The notes under the pieces: generated by a model
What the model saw: only the letters and a program-made list of their open reading frames with translations
The model's database searches: none
Told to the model about the DNA's origin: nothing
DNA from: Acidimicrobiales bacterium
GTDB lineage: Bacteria; Actinomycetota; Acidimicrobiia; Acidimicrobiales; Bin134
NCBI GenBank assembly: GCA_965231915.1
Contig: OZ246892.1
Location: forward strand, 2,320,891-2,384,890
Direction of reading: 5' to 3'
Length of the DNA: 64,000 nucleotides
Position numbers and translations under genes: made by a program
Shown here: one piece after another, positions 1-9,868 of the stretch
Layout of the letters: every line of letters starts with the position of its first letter
How positions within the stretch are numbered: the stretch's first letter is position 1

Positions 1-1
1 G

Positions 2-97
2 GGCATCCTGATCGTGGCCGCCGGGGGAGCCGGCATGGGAGCAAGCTGGCTCTTGCTACCCCACCTCGCCCTCGCCATCACCGAGCCCATCTCCTAG
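2..97 (+). CDS. 3' end of a gene entering the window, probably the partner of the downstream UGSC protein
   Basis: Open frame GILIVAAGGAGMGASWLLLPHLALAITEPIS*, ending TAG at 95-97. The IVxAGGxG C-terminal motif resembles proteins I recall next to UGSC-family genes (inference). Confidence 0.5.
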   Translation, partial: GILIVAAGGAGMGASWLLLPHLALAITEPIS

Positions 98-124
98 CGG
101 GCGCGGATCAGCTAATCTGACGAT

Positions 125-674
125 ATGACTGCCCTCATCGGCCTCGACCCCACGTCCGGCCCATTTGATCGCACCGACGACCACGAATTCTCCCCTCGGC
201 CGGCCAGCTTGGATGGGGCGGTGGTCGCCCTGGTGGCCAACGGCCTCGGCGAAGGAGAGATCTTCCTGGATGCCTTGTACGACGAGTTGGCCAAGCTGAG
301 CGATCCGCTGGCTCCCGCTTAAGGTGGTGAAGAGCTCTGTGTCGATTCCGCCTGATCCGGGAGACTGGAGCCGCCTTACTGAGGAGGCCACCGTCGCCAT
401 AACCGGCTTCGGCGGTTGAGGCAGCTGTAGTGCCCGCAGTTTGCGGGACGCAGTGGAGCTGGAGTGGGCAGGCGTTCCCAGCGTCGCCATCGTCCACGAG
501 GAGATGAGAGGCTCAGCCCAGGCCATTGCCCGGGTGAGCGGCTGTGCTGATTACGAGTTCCTCACTGTCGACTATCCATGGGTTCCCATCGCCATCTGGT
601 CGAAAGAGGAGTGCCTGGAATTAGCCGAGATCATGGCCCCCAAGGTCTTGGCCGCATTGACCGGGCGAAGCTGA
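125..674 (+). CDS. UGSC-family (seleno)protein with in-frame UGA at 417-419 and a +1 frameshift near 314-320 (frameshifted gene or assembly indel)
   Basis: ORF 125..322 continues in the +1 frame as LKVVKSSVSIPPDPGDWSRLTEEATVAITGFGG-UGA-GSCSARSLRDAVELEWAGVPSVAIV..., joining ORF 441..674. U-G-S-C motif is present, with a hairpin downstream of the UGA. Confidence 0.8.
425..453 (+). promoter_or_regulatory. Candidate bacterial SECIS hairpin
   Basis: CCCGCA-GTT-TGCGGG (433-447) is a perfect 6-bp stem with a G-starting apical loop about 20 nt after the UGA. It extends through GT/AC and CTGT/GCAG pairing. Confidence 0.6.
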
Positions 675-677
675 CTG

Positions 678-2051
678 CTACTTCGCGATAGCGGAGTTGG
701 TTGAAGTAATAGCCAACGCCCCGAAGACGCCGACTGCGGCAACCGCCGCGCCTAGCCAAAACGCGCTGGCAAAGGCCATTCCCGTGACGTTCTCGCCTAC
801 GGCCAGCACCAGAACTTGGACCCCGGCCGCGGTGCCCAGGCTGGTGATCGTCTGAAACATTCCGGTTGCCGCCCCCAGACGGTCCATCGGAACTGCCCCC
901 ACAACCGATACCTGGTACGCAGGACCGGCTACTCCCAGTCCTCCGCCGGCCAGCGCTAGGCCCAGAATCACCAACACCACCGCGTCGACCAGCGCTCCGG
1001 CGGCAAACGACACCATGGCCAAGACCACCAGCACACTTCCCAGACAGGACGTCCATCGCTCGCCCCGGGTCGCGGTCAGCCGGCCACCCACCGGGGAGCT
1101 GAGGCTGAATGAGATCAGCCGAACAACCAGAAACACAGTGGCCGCCGTGAGGGTGTACCCATAGCGCACCTGCAGGAGCTGAGGGGCGAGGATGAACCCT
1201 CCCATATAGGCCGCGTTGGCCGTGGCTGAGGCCACCACCGGCCCGGCGTAGTTCCGGCGGCGAAACCACTCAAGCGGGACCATCGGGTGAGCCGTGTGCC
1301 GCTCGATGGCCACAAACGTCCAAATGGTTGCCGGTACGAGGGCCAAAAACGCCAACGCCACAGGGTGGTCGAAACCAAGGCTGGCGCCCCGGTCCAGAGC
1401 CACCATCAAAACGACCACCGCTGACACCAGACTGAGCGCGCCCACGACGTCAACTGGTTTGGCTTCGCCGGCTTGGGAGGGACGGACCACTAGGACTGCG
1501 GCGATCAATCCGATTGCGGCAATGGGGGTGTAGACCGCGAAGATCGCCCGCCAGCCCAACGCGTCCACCAGAGCACCCCCGGTGACCAAGCCGATAGCTG
1601 GTCCTCCCACGGCCGCAAATTGGAACCAACCCATGGCCCGAGCTCGTTGATTGACCGGGAACGCAGCCATCATGATGGCCATCCCGTTAGGAATCATCAT
1701 GGCTCCGCCCAGCCCTACCAGGGCTCGAAAGCCGATGAAGCTCAGGGCATCCCAGGCCAGCCCGCACACACCGGTGGCTGCCGTGAACACCGCCAGGCCG
1801 AGGATCAGCATCCGCCGATGGCCCCACGAATCGCCCAAAGTCCCGAAGACCGTGGTCCCCGCGGCCAAACCCAGGAATGGGGCGGAGACCGCCCACGACA
1901 ACGTGGCGTTGGTGGTGCCCAGACTCTCCGAGATGTCCGAAAGAGAGGCCCCGATGATCGTCATGGTGGAGCCGAACACCACCTGTCCAGCCAACAGGGT
2001 TACCAGCAGCCGCCAGGCGTACCGGGGTTCATTAGCGAGGGTGCTTGGCAC
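678..2051 (-). CDS. MFS transporter (DHA2/EmrB-like drug:H+ antiporter)
   Basis: 457 aa with about 14 hydrophobic segments. Motif A variant GTLGDSWGHRR; WRAIFAVYTPI. Confidence 0.85.
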   Translation of the reverse strand: MPSTLANEPRYAWRLLVTLLAGQVVFGSTMTIIGASLSDISESLGTTNATLSWAVSAPFLGLAAGTTVFGTLGDSWGHRRMLILGLAVFTAATGVCGLAWDALSFIGFRALVGLGGAMMIPNGMAIMMAAFPVNQRARAMGWFQFAAVGGPAIGLVTGGALVDALGWRAIFAVYTPIAAIGLIAAVLVVRPSQAGEAKPVDVVGALSLVSAVVVLMVALDRGASLGFDHPVALAFLALVPATIWTFVAIERHTAHPMVPLEWFRRRNYAGPVVASATANAAYMGGFILAPQLLQVRYGYTLTAATVFLVVRLISFSLSSPVGGRLTATRGERWTSCLGSVLVVLAMVSFAAGALVDAVVLVILGLALAGGGLGVAGPAYQVSVVGAVPMDRLGAATGMFQTITSLGTAAGVQVLVLAVGENVTGMAFASAFWLGAAVAAVGVFGALAITSTNSAIAK

Positions 2052-2088
2052 TGGATCAAGAAGGGGTTGTCTCTAGGGAACAGGCAGC

Positions 2089-5000
2089 CTACGGCCGAAT
2101 GTGCTCGACCCCATCAGGAAGTGGAGAGAACCGAGGGAGATTTCCCCAGCACTGGATGATGTTGCCTGCCAAGATTACGCAGGTGTAACGGGGGCCAACT
2201 TCAACAGCGAGGACACGACCATCAGCCTGGTGTGGACCTTGGGAACGGTAGCCCCCCCAACACTCCCCGATGCCATCAGGCCGCAGTCCGCACGAACGAG
2301 ACCCGCCTGCAGAAATCGAGAGAAATTGGCCACTGGGTGGATCGGTTTCTCCAAAGTCATCAACACCCCAGCATGCTGCGCTTCCGTCCGTGTCAAGGGC
2401 GCAGGTATGTTGCTCACCAGCGTCTATTGCGGTGAATTGGCCAGATGGCGGATTGAACTCGCCAGCATTGCTCGTGCCCCAACAGGCAATTGTCTCGTCA
2501 GTTCGTATTCCACATGAATGCCAGCCGCCCGCTGCTACGGAATTGAACTGTCCGTCGGGCGGATCGGATTGCCCGTAGTTGTTGCCACCCCAGCACGCAG
2601 CATTGCCATCCTCTTGAACACCGCAGAAGTGAAATCCGCCCGCGGCAATCGACCGGAATTCTCCTGGCGGAGCATCCAGCGATCCCCAGCAGGTGACGCT
2701 CTTGTCGGGCCTTATGCCACACGCGGCGTATTTGCTGGCCGCAACCGATGTGAATTGCCCATCTGGGACGTTTAACTGTCCTGATGAGTTGTCTCCCCAA
2801 CACGTGACCGTGCCATCGGTGCGCAATCCACAGAAATACCCTTCACCGACTCCGCCATCTACCGAAACCGAAAGCGATTCGAAGGAGCCTCGGGGTTCTA
2901 TAGCTGAGCCAGAGTCATCTCGTCCCCAACAAGTGATGGTGCCTTCCGGCCGCACTCCACACGATCTCGACTCAGAGGTGGTAACAGACAGGAACTTGCC
3001 GTATGGCTGGCTAACTCTCTCGTTGAAGCGCCTTCCCCAGCACATGATGTCGTTGTCGGAGCGCAAACCGCAGGTGTGCCACCCGCTCGCTGCCATTTGG
3101 ATGAATTGTGTGTAAGGCGCATCCAAAGCCCCCGTATGGGAGCGACCCCAACAGACCATGTAGCCGTCAGGGTCGATGCCGCATGAATGATCTCGACTGG
3201 CCTCCACAGCAACGAACCGGCCCATCGGTGCGTTGAGTTCCCCGAACTCGTTGCGACCCCAACAGAGGATTCTCCCATCAGAACGCAGCGCGCAGGTGTG
3301 CCCGTCGTCGGCCGAGACGGCGGTGAACTCGCCCTCGGGGGCATCAGACAGTAACTGCTCGAAGTCCAATTCGCCCACTTCCCAGCCGCTGTCTCCCCAG
3401 CAGGCCAGTGTGCTGTCGGTGCGAATGCCGCAACTATGGGATCTGCCTGCCGATATCGCCAAGAAGTGATCGTTTGGAGGGCTCGCTTGTCCTTGTTGAT
3501 CGTATCCCCAGCAGGCGATAGTACGGTCTGTCCGAATCGCACAGGCATGCTCTTCACCGACTGAGATCGCGGTGAATTCGCCGTTCGGGGCATCCGTCTG
3601 TCCATAGCGGTTCAGACCCCAGCATTCGATGTGCCCGTTTCCCCGGAGTCCACATGCCTGCCAATCTCCAGTTGAAACTGCGACGAAGCGTTCATCGTCA
3701 AACGTGGGAGTTGGTGGGCCCACGGAAATCCCGGAAGGTTCGGATGTCTGGAAGGGAGAAGGCTGAGATTCCGTGAATGTGGGCGGCACATCGTGCCCGA
3801 CGACAACGACGTCGTCCGGTGGCGCCGCGAATGCTGGTGGACTTCCCCAGCACAGGATAATCCCATCAATGCGGATTGCGCAGGCGTAACTTGCCCCCGC
3901 TGTTATCGCGGTGAACTGCCCTTCGGGAGGTTCCAAGTCCGAGGACGCATGGGGATGCCAACAGTCAATTGTGTTATCCAAGAGCAACCCACAGATCAAC
4001 GCGCCACCGCCAACAGAAATTGAGCGGAATCGGGACCCAGGCTGCTCGGCTACATATTCCCCCCGCTCATTCCAGCAGAGAATTGTCGAGTCTAGGAGAA
4101 GGCCACAGATGCGGTGAGTATTCAAGGAAATCTCAACAAATGGAATATCCGGCGGATTGAGCAAGTTCCTAGCATCATCGCTGCCCCAGGTGTTTGTCCC
4201 CCAACATTCTGCTTTGCGGTCTAGGCGCAAACCGCAAGTGAACGCATCTAGTGCCCGTATAGCGGCAAACTGGCCCTCGGGAGCGTTTAGTTGACCATAG
4301 GAATTGTCACCCCAGCACTTCACTTCTCCACTGCGCTCAAGCGCGCAGGTATGGTACGTGCCAGCGGTGATGGACTTGAATGTGCCATAGGGAATCGATT
4401 GATCGTCCCAGTAACTGGTTCCCCAGCAGATAATGCTCCCATTCACTCTGATGGCACATGAATGCTGAAAACTTGTAGCAACAGCGATGAACTGGCCGTC
4501 GGGCGGCTCGGATTGTCTTTCACCGTTGTCGCCCCAACAGGCAATAGACTGATCCGTTCGCAATGCACACAAGTGGCCGTGTGACTCGCCGCCTACAGGA
4601 ACAGCTCTAGAAAAGGACGTATATGTCCCTTCTGGGATTCCCGGGAACCCGTAGTTCATGCGTCCCCAGCATTCCAGCGTGTCGTCGATTCTTAGACCGC
4701 AGGTTTCCCAATCTGAAGCAACAATTTGTGAGAATGAGCCCTCAGGTGGATCGGTAGCACCAAACCAGCTGCCTCCCCAACATTCGACCGAGTCATCTAG
4801 GCGGAGACCACAGGTGAATCCGTCGGCGGCAGAGACAGTTTTGAATGGCCCGCTGGGCGGATGGATCGCTCCGTCCCTGCTGCTGCCCCAACAATCGACG
4901 GAATGATCGAGCCGAAAGCCACAGACATGGAATGTTCCCAGAGATATTGTGGCAAACGGCCCATCTAGAGCCACGGTTTGGCCTATGTCGTTGCGACCCC

Positions 5001-5796
5001 AGCAAGCGACGGTGTCATCAATTCGAATCGCACACACAAATCCAGCCCCGCCTTCAGCCGTCAAGAAACGGAAATGACCCTCAGGTGGGTCCAGCAAGCC
5101 TTGCTCAAATATGTCTTCGCCCCAGCATTCGATGGTCTGGTCTTCTCGAAGGCCGCAGACTCCATGGCGGGTTGCAGTCAGCTGGGTGAACTTCGCATAC
5201 GGCGGGTTTAAGGATCCGGGCACCTTCCACGATTCCCCCCAGCACTTGGCCCTTCCCTCTACATCCAAGGCGCAGACATGATCGTCGCCGGCTGTGATCT
5301 GGGTGAAGGACCCGGAAGGCACATTGACCAAGCCACTTGAAAATCGCTGGTCACCCCAGCATTCAAGGGTTTGGTCGATTCGAATTCCGCACGAGAAGTC
5401 GATGCCACCGACGAGCGCGGTGAAGTGGCTGTCGGGCCCATCTGTTGCGCCACCTTCGGTCGATCCCCAGCATGCAACCGGACCATTCGGCCGTGACCAG
5501 CATGTATGCGAGAGGTTCAGGGCAACGGTCGCCAGTTCTTCAACGAGTGCTGGGCTGGGCTCGATTTCTGGTGTTGGCGTTGGACTTGGGGTGGGCTCGG
5601 GTGTGGGTGCTCCTGCTGGTTCTGGAGACGGACTAGGCGGTGGTTCTGAAGTGGCCTGCGGGGTCGGGGGTAGAGTCGGGACTGGCGTGCCTGTCTGCTC
5701 TTCCTGATCGGCAACAGACTGGTCGTCAGAGTCTCCCCCGCATGCCGCGGCTACAAGAGCCAGCGCAATTGCAAGTCTCACAATTGCAGTGCGCAT
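2089..5796 (-). CDS. Lipoprotein with about 29 RCC1/BLIP-II-like repeats (beta-propeller surface protein)
   Basis: Signal peptide with lipobox LVAAA-C, a Pro/Thr-rich linker, then repeated 'F..isaG..HtCgl..dgt..CWG' units in two blocks of 15 and 14. Confidence 0.85.
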   Translation of the reverse strand: MRTAIVRLAIALALVAAACGGDSDDQSVADQEEQTGTPVPTLPPTPQATSEPPPSPSPEPAGAPTPEPTPSPTPTPEIEPSPALVEELATVALNLSHTCWSRPNGPVACWGSTEGGATDGPDSHFTALVGGIDFSCGIRIDQTLECWGDQRFSSGLVNVPSGSFTQITAGDDHVCALDVEGRAKCWGESWKVPGSLNPPYAKFTQLTATRHGVCGLREDQTIECWGEDIFEQGLLDPPEGHFRFLTAEGGAGFVCAIRIDDTVACWGRNDIGQTVALDGPFATISLGTFHVCGFRLDHSVDCWGSSRDGAIHPPSGPFKTVSAADGFTCGLRLDDSVECWGGSWFGATDPPEGSFSQIVASDWETCGLRIDDTLECWGRMNYGFPGIPEGTYTSFSRAVPVGGESHGHLCALRTDQSIACWGDNGERQSEPPDGQFIAVATSFQHSCAIRVNGSIICWGTSYWDDQSIPYGTFKSITAGTYHTCALERSGEVKCWGDNSYGQLNAPEGQFAAIRALDAFTCGLRLDRKAECWGTNTWGSDDARNLLNPPDIPFVEISLNTHRICGLLLDSTILCWNERGEYVAEQPGSRFRSISVGGGALICGLLLDNTIDCWHPHASSDLEPPEGQFTAITAGASYACAIRIDGIILCWGSPPAFAAPPDDVVVVGHDVPPTFTESQPSPFQTSEPSGISVGPPTPTFDDERFVAVSTGDWQACGLRGNGHIECWGLNRYGQTDAPNGEFTAISVGEEHACAIRTDRTIACWGYDQQGQASPPNDHFLAISAGRSHSCGIRTDSTLACWGDSGWEVGELDFEQLLSDAPEGEFTAVSADDGHTCALRSDGRILCWGRNEFGELNAPMGRFVAVEASRDHSCGIDPDGYMVCWGRSHTGALDAPYTQFIQMAASGWHTCGLRSDNDIMCWGRRFNERVSQPYGKFLSVTTSESRSCGVRPEGTITCWGRDDSGSAIEPRGSFESLSVSVDGGVGEGYFCGLRTDGTVTCWGDNSSGQLNVPDGQFTSVAASKYAACGIRPDKSVTCWGSLDAPPGEFRSIAAGGFHFCGVQEDGNAACWGGNNYGQSDPPDGQFNSVAAGGWHSCGIRTDETIACWGTSNAGEFNPPSGQFTAIDAGEQHTCALDTDGSAACWGVDDFGETDPPSGQFLSISAGGSRSCGLRPDGIGECWGGYRSQGPHQADGRVLAVEVGPRYTCVILAGNIIQCWGNLPRFSPLPDGVEHIRP

Positions 5797-5802
5797 GAAG
5801 CG

Positions 5803-6123
5803 CTAGTCTTTCAGCTCGATCAGGATTTCGTAGTAGGGCTCGGTGCCGGTGTTGACCGCGGACTCGATGCCGCCTTTGGAGATAAACATGGGCTGGCCGG
5901 GTATCACGTCGCCCTCCACCAGGCCGGAAAATTCCCCAGCCGTGTCGGGCTCGAAATCTCCCGCAATCTTGTCGCCCGAAACCTGCACCAGCACGTAGTC
6001 GTGATCATGACGGTGAAGATCCGACCGTTCACCAGGATCAAGGCGCATCTCCCAAATCTTCACTCGATCGTTTTCCATCAGCAGCTTGGTGGCTACATCG
6101 CCGAATACTCGCTCTTCGCTCAT
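5803..6123 (-). CDS. Cupin domain protein
   Basis: 106 aa. LLMENDRVKIWEMRLDPGE..LHRHDHDY and NTGTEPYYEILIELK cupin signatures. Confidence 0.8.
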   Translation of the reverse strand: MSEERVFGDVATKLLMENDRVKIWEMRLDPGERSDLHRHDHDYVLVQVSGDKIAGDFEPDTAGEFSGLVEGDVIPGQPMFISKGGIESAVNTGTEPYYEILIELKD

Positions 6124-6181
6124 ACCCGCATCGTAGGCTCACGGAATGGCAAGCGCAGAACGCCCGGGAGTGCGATACGCC

Positions 6182-6925
6182 ATGTCGGAGATCGACGAGC
6201 AGGGAGAAGGACCTCGCCTGGCCCTGTTGGAGGCCATTCTCGACGGGCCCACCTTCGCCCGACTGGAGCGAATCGGGGTGGAGAGCGGCTGGAGGTGTGC
6301 CGATGTGGGGGCTGGTCGAGGGTCGGTATCGAACTGGCTGCGAGATCGTGGTGCCGAGGTGATTTCGGCCGACATCATGCCCCGGTTCTTGAGTGGCCCC
6401 GATGTTCGCACGCACGACATTTGCGACGGCCCGGTGGAGGAATCGGCCTTCGACTTAGTGCATTGTCGCGCATTGCTCGCCCATGTATCCGACTTCGATG
6501 CGGCGGTGGACAACTTGTTGGGCTCGGTTAGACCGGGGGGATGGGTCATGGTCGCTGAGCCCGATTACGGAACCATGATGGAGTGCGACCCCGACCATCC
6601 CAGAGCTGAGGTGTTCCGTCGATTCCGGGAGCGATCGGCTGCTGGTACCCGTATGGACGCATTCGTTGGGCGCCGCGTCCACCAGGTACTTGAGGACCAT
6701 CTTGATGATATGTCCTCAGAAGGGCTGACTGACATCGTTAGCGGCGGATCACTTCGGGCCCGGTACCGCCGCTTCACCATGGAGGTGGCCCGCCCTCTCA
6801 GTGCTCGCCGGGACGATTACGACGAAGCCGGCTATGACGAACTGTTGGCCTGCTTTGACGATCCCACCTTCCGCTACATCGATTGCCTCTGGGTTGCTGT
6901 CTGGGGAAAGAGACCCGTGGGGTAG
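6182..6925 (+). CDS. Class I SAM-dependent methyltransferase
   Basis: Motif I CADVGAGRG; FDLVHCRALLAH; VRPGGW. Start is 6182 or 6146. Confidence 0.85.
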   Translation: MSEIDEQGEGPRLALLEAILDGPTFARLERIGVESGWRCADVGAGRGSVSNWLRDRGAEVISADIMPRFLSGPDVRTHDICDGPVEESAFDLVHCRALLAHVSDFDAAVDNLLGSVRPGGWVMVAEPDYGTMMECDPDHPRAEVFRRFRERSAAGTRMDAFVGRRVHQVLEDHLDDMSSEGLTDIVSGGSLRARYRRFTMEVARPLSARRDDYDEAGYDELLACFDDPTFRYIDCLWVAVWGKRPVG

Positions 6926-6945
6926 GCGCGTGCTAAGCCATCGGG

Positions 6946-8304
6946 ATGGCTGAGGAGCTCAAACACGACTTGCCCGATGGAATGACCGACTGGATTGCCG
7001 AGGCGGGTGGTGGTCGCATCACCCATCTGAAGCGCCACATCGCCCGGCGGGAAGCGTGGGTGGTGGATGTGACCCGCCCCGACGAATCGGTGGCTGAGTA
7101 CTTCCTGCGCCTCGACCGAGAAGGGGACGGCAGCGGCACCCATTCGGTGAAGAGCGAGGCCAAGGTGCAGACTGCGCTGGTCGAGACCGGCATGAAGGTG
7201 CCTGCTATCTGCGCGTGGAGCGAAGATCTACAGGCTGCCCTGCACGAGCGGATGCCCGGTCGGGCCGACTTGGACAACGCTGATCCCGAAGAGCAGGCCG
7301 CGGTGCTCGAGGACTTCATACAGCAACTGGCGCTGCTTCATTCACTGGATCCCGAATCGCTAGGTCTCGACCACATGCCAATTCCCACCACTTCAGCCGA
7401 GTGCGCGTTGGGCGAAGTCGACTTTGTGGAGCAGTTCCTTGGGGGCATGGTGACCGATCCGCTGTACACCTATTCGCTCCAGTGGATCCGGAACCACGTA
7501 CCCGAGCGCCTCGACCGGGTGAGCCTCTTGCAGGGCGACACTGGACCGGCCAACTTCATGTTCGACGATGGGCAGGTGAGCGCCATCGTCGACTGGGAAT
7601 GGGCTCATTTCGGAGATCCCATGGAGGACTTCGGCAACATCTGCACGCGGGAGTTCTTCTGTCCTTCGACCCCGGACGAGGGTCTTGCCCCGATCATCCG
7701 CCGTTACGAGGAACTGTCCGGTTTCCCGGTGCACCTCGACTCGGTGCGCTACTACCGGGTGCAGCAGTTCGTGCGATCAATCGTGTCGTTGGCCCGGATC
7801 ACCGTGATCAACGATCCACAGATGCCCAACGGCATGAATTGGGCCTACCGCTACATATGTGAGCGGGCCACGTGCGAGGCGCTGGCCGACGCCATGGGAA
7901 TCGAGTTGGAGCGCCCTGAGCTACCCGAGTTTGAGATGGCCAGCTCGCTAGAAGGGGTTGTCATTGCCAACCTGCGCGATGAGGTGCTGCCCGCGGTAGA
8001 GGGCGACTATCCCCGCCACCGGCTAGATCACGCCACGTTGTTGGTGGAGTGCCTGGACCGACAGAAGCAGATCGGTCCACAGCTGGCAGACATCGAACTG
8101 GATGAGATTGCCGCCCTCACTGGCCGCCGATCCGACACGCTCGAAGATGGGCTGATGGATCTGGACCAGGCCATCCAAGACCATGGGGCCGGAAGCGAGG
8201 CAGATGTCCTCCGCTATCTGGCCCGCCGGGCTTGGCGCTTGGAGTATCTCTGGAAGCCGGTGGTGGACCTGTTCCCCGGCCGCACCTTCTCCAGAATCGA
8301 CTAG
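6946..8304 (+). CDS. Phosphotransferase (APH/choline-kinase-like) family protein
   Basis: LLQGDTGPANF (HGD-like Brenner motif) and IVDWEWAHFGDPMED. Confidence 0.8.
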   Translation: MAEELKHDLPDGMTDWIAEAGGGRITHLKRHIARREAWVVDVTRPDESVAEYFLRLDREGDGSGTHSVKSEAKVQTALVETGMKVPAICAWSEDLQAALHERMPGRADLDNADPEEQAAVLEDFIQQLALLHSLDPESLGLDHMPIPTTSAECALGEVDFVEQFLGGMVTDPLYTYSLQWIRNHVPERLDRVSLLQGDTGPANFMFDDGQVSAIVDWEWAHFGDPMEDFGNICTREFFCPSTPDEGLAPIIRRYEELSGFPVHLDSVRYYRVQQFVRSIVSLARITVINDPQMPNGMNWAYRYICERATCEALADAMGIELERPELPEFEMASSLEGVVIANLRDEVLPAVEGDYPRHRLDHATLLVECLDRQKQIGPQLADIELDEIAALTGRRSDTLEDGLMDLDQAIQDHGAGSEADVLRYLARRAWRLEYLWKPVVDLFPGRTFSRID

Positions 8305-9096
8305 CTAGCGCCGAATCATCATCTCTATCGCCTGCACCAAATAGCCGTTGGGATCGGCCCGTTTGGCTTGGGCGGTTTCCAACAGGGCGGGTGCGGCGAA
8401 TCCCTCGAAGTCGTCGTTGTCCAGTTTGGCGATAAGCGCCTTGGCCACATCCACCGGGTCCATGGACGCGCCGGGCGGTTGGGGAAACGGGTCGTCGTTC
8501 CCCGGTTTTGGTGTTGAGAACTCGGTAGCGGTAGAGCCGGGGGTGAACAGATGGGCTCGAACACCGGTACCGGCCAGATCGAAATAGAGACCCTCGGTGA
8601 ACAGATTGAGTGCGGCTTTGGCCGCACCATAGGCACCGGTTCGAAAGGCCATCGACTGCGTGCCCATCGATGACACGTTCACGATGGACCCCGAGTCCCT
8701 TTCCAGTATGTATGGCAGAAGAGCCAGGGTGAGCCGAGCCGAACCGGTGAAGTTCACCGCCATCGTCTCGTCCAATTCCCCAGGCGTGAGCCGCTTCATC
8801 GACCGCCGTCGAGGGGCACCCGCGTTGTTCACTAAAACGTCTATGGGCCCCATCTCAGCCCAGACGCGATCGGCGAACGGGGCCACGCTGTCCAAATCGG
8901 CCAGATCGAGCTTCCACCAGCAGCCATCGCCGCCCACGTCTCGCACCTCGCCCAAAACCTGTTCGAGCCGGTCGCTTCGGCGGGCGGCCAGACCCACGTA
9001 GGCCCCACCCCGGGCCAGTTCTACCGCCAAAGCTGCCCCGATGCCCGAGGAGGCCCCGGTAATCAGCACCCTTTGGCCAGCCGGAACCCAGCTCAT
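8305..9096 (-). CDS. Short-chain dehydrogenase/reductase
   Basis: TGASSGIG, NNAG, YGAAK. Confidence 0.9.
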   Translation of the reverse strand: MSWVPAGQRVLITGASSGIGAALAVELARGGAYVGLAARRSDRLEQVLGEVRDVGGDGCWWKLDLADLDSVAPFADRVWAEMGPIDVLVNNAGAPRRRSMKRLTPGELDETMAVNFTGSARLTLALLPYILERDSGSIVNVSSMGTQSMAFRTGAYGAAKAALNLFTEGLYFDLAGTGVRAHLFTPGSTATEFSTPKPGNDDPFPQPPGASMDPVDVAKALIAKLDNDDFEGFAAPALLETAQAKRADPNGYLVQAIEMMIRR

Positions 9097-9839
9097 CCTG
9101 CGGTCATACCGCCGTCGATGCTCAGGACTGAGCCATGGATTCGATGGGCATCATCGGAGGCGACGTAGGCCACCAGAGAGGCGATGTCTTCGGCCTGGGC
9201 CATGCCCCGCATCCCCATGTACCGCCCCATCAGCTCCATGTCGGGATCATCGGGAAAGCCAAATGCCGCGGCCAGATTGGTTTCCACCCCGCCGGGCGCG
9301 ATGGCGTTTATCCGCATGCCGGTCTTCATCGTCTCCATGGCCATGGCCTTGGTCATCAGCACCACTGCTCCCTTGCTGGCGCAGTAGGGCACGGTGTAGG
9401 CCTGTCCCATCAGCCCGGCATTGGAGGCAATGTTCACAATGCTGCCGTTCGAAGACTCCAGGTGGGGGAGCGCGGCCTGCGACATCCAGAACACGCCCTC
9501 AACATTCACCCCCATGATCAGATCCCAGACTTCCTGATCAACGTCGCCCACACGATGGCCCCGGGCCACTCCGGCGACATTGCACAGCACATCGAGGCGA
9601 CCGTGATCGGCCACTGTGGAGTCCACCAGCTCATAGCAGGCGTCTCTGCTGCGCACATCGGAGACTTGGGGATAGAACGCGGCATCTTCGCCCATCATTT
9701 CTGCGGTTTCCTCCAGCCCCGCCCCGTTGATGTCGCTGCCGACAACGACAGATCCCTCACTGGCTAGTCGTGCCGCAATGGCCTGGCCGATTCCCGATCC
9801 TGCTCCGGTAACCAGAGCAACCTTCCCGGAAAATCTCAT
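9093..9839 (-). CDS. Short-chain dehydrogenase/reductase
   Basis: TGAGSGIG, NVAG, YCASK, DGG. Confidence 0.9.
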   Translation of the reverse strand: MRFSGKVALVTGAGSGIGQAIAARLASEGSVVVGSDINGAGLEETAEMMGEDAAFYPQVSDVRSRDACYELVDSTVADHGRLDVLCNVAGVARGHRVGDVDQEVWDLIMGVNVEGVFWMSQAALPHLESSNGSIVNIASNAGLMGQAYTVPYCASKGAVVLMTKAMAMETMKTGMRINAIAPGGVETNLAAAFGFPDDPDMELMGRYMGMRGMAQAEDIASLVAYVASDDAHRIHGSVLSIDGGMTAG

Positions 9840-9868
9840 ATTTTGTCCTCTTTCTCTCGGTCTGCGGT

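Noticed and set aside
2089-5796. RCC1 repeat gene as a diversity-generating retroelement target
   Set aside because: No reverse transcriptase and no near-identical template/variable repeat pair are in the window, and the repeats are highly diverged at the DNA level.
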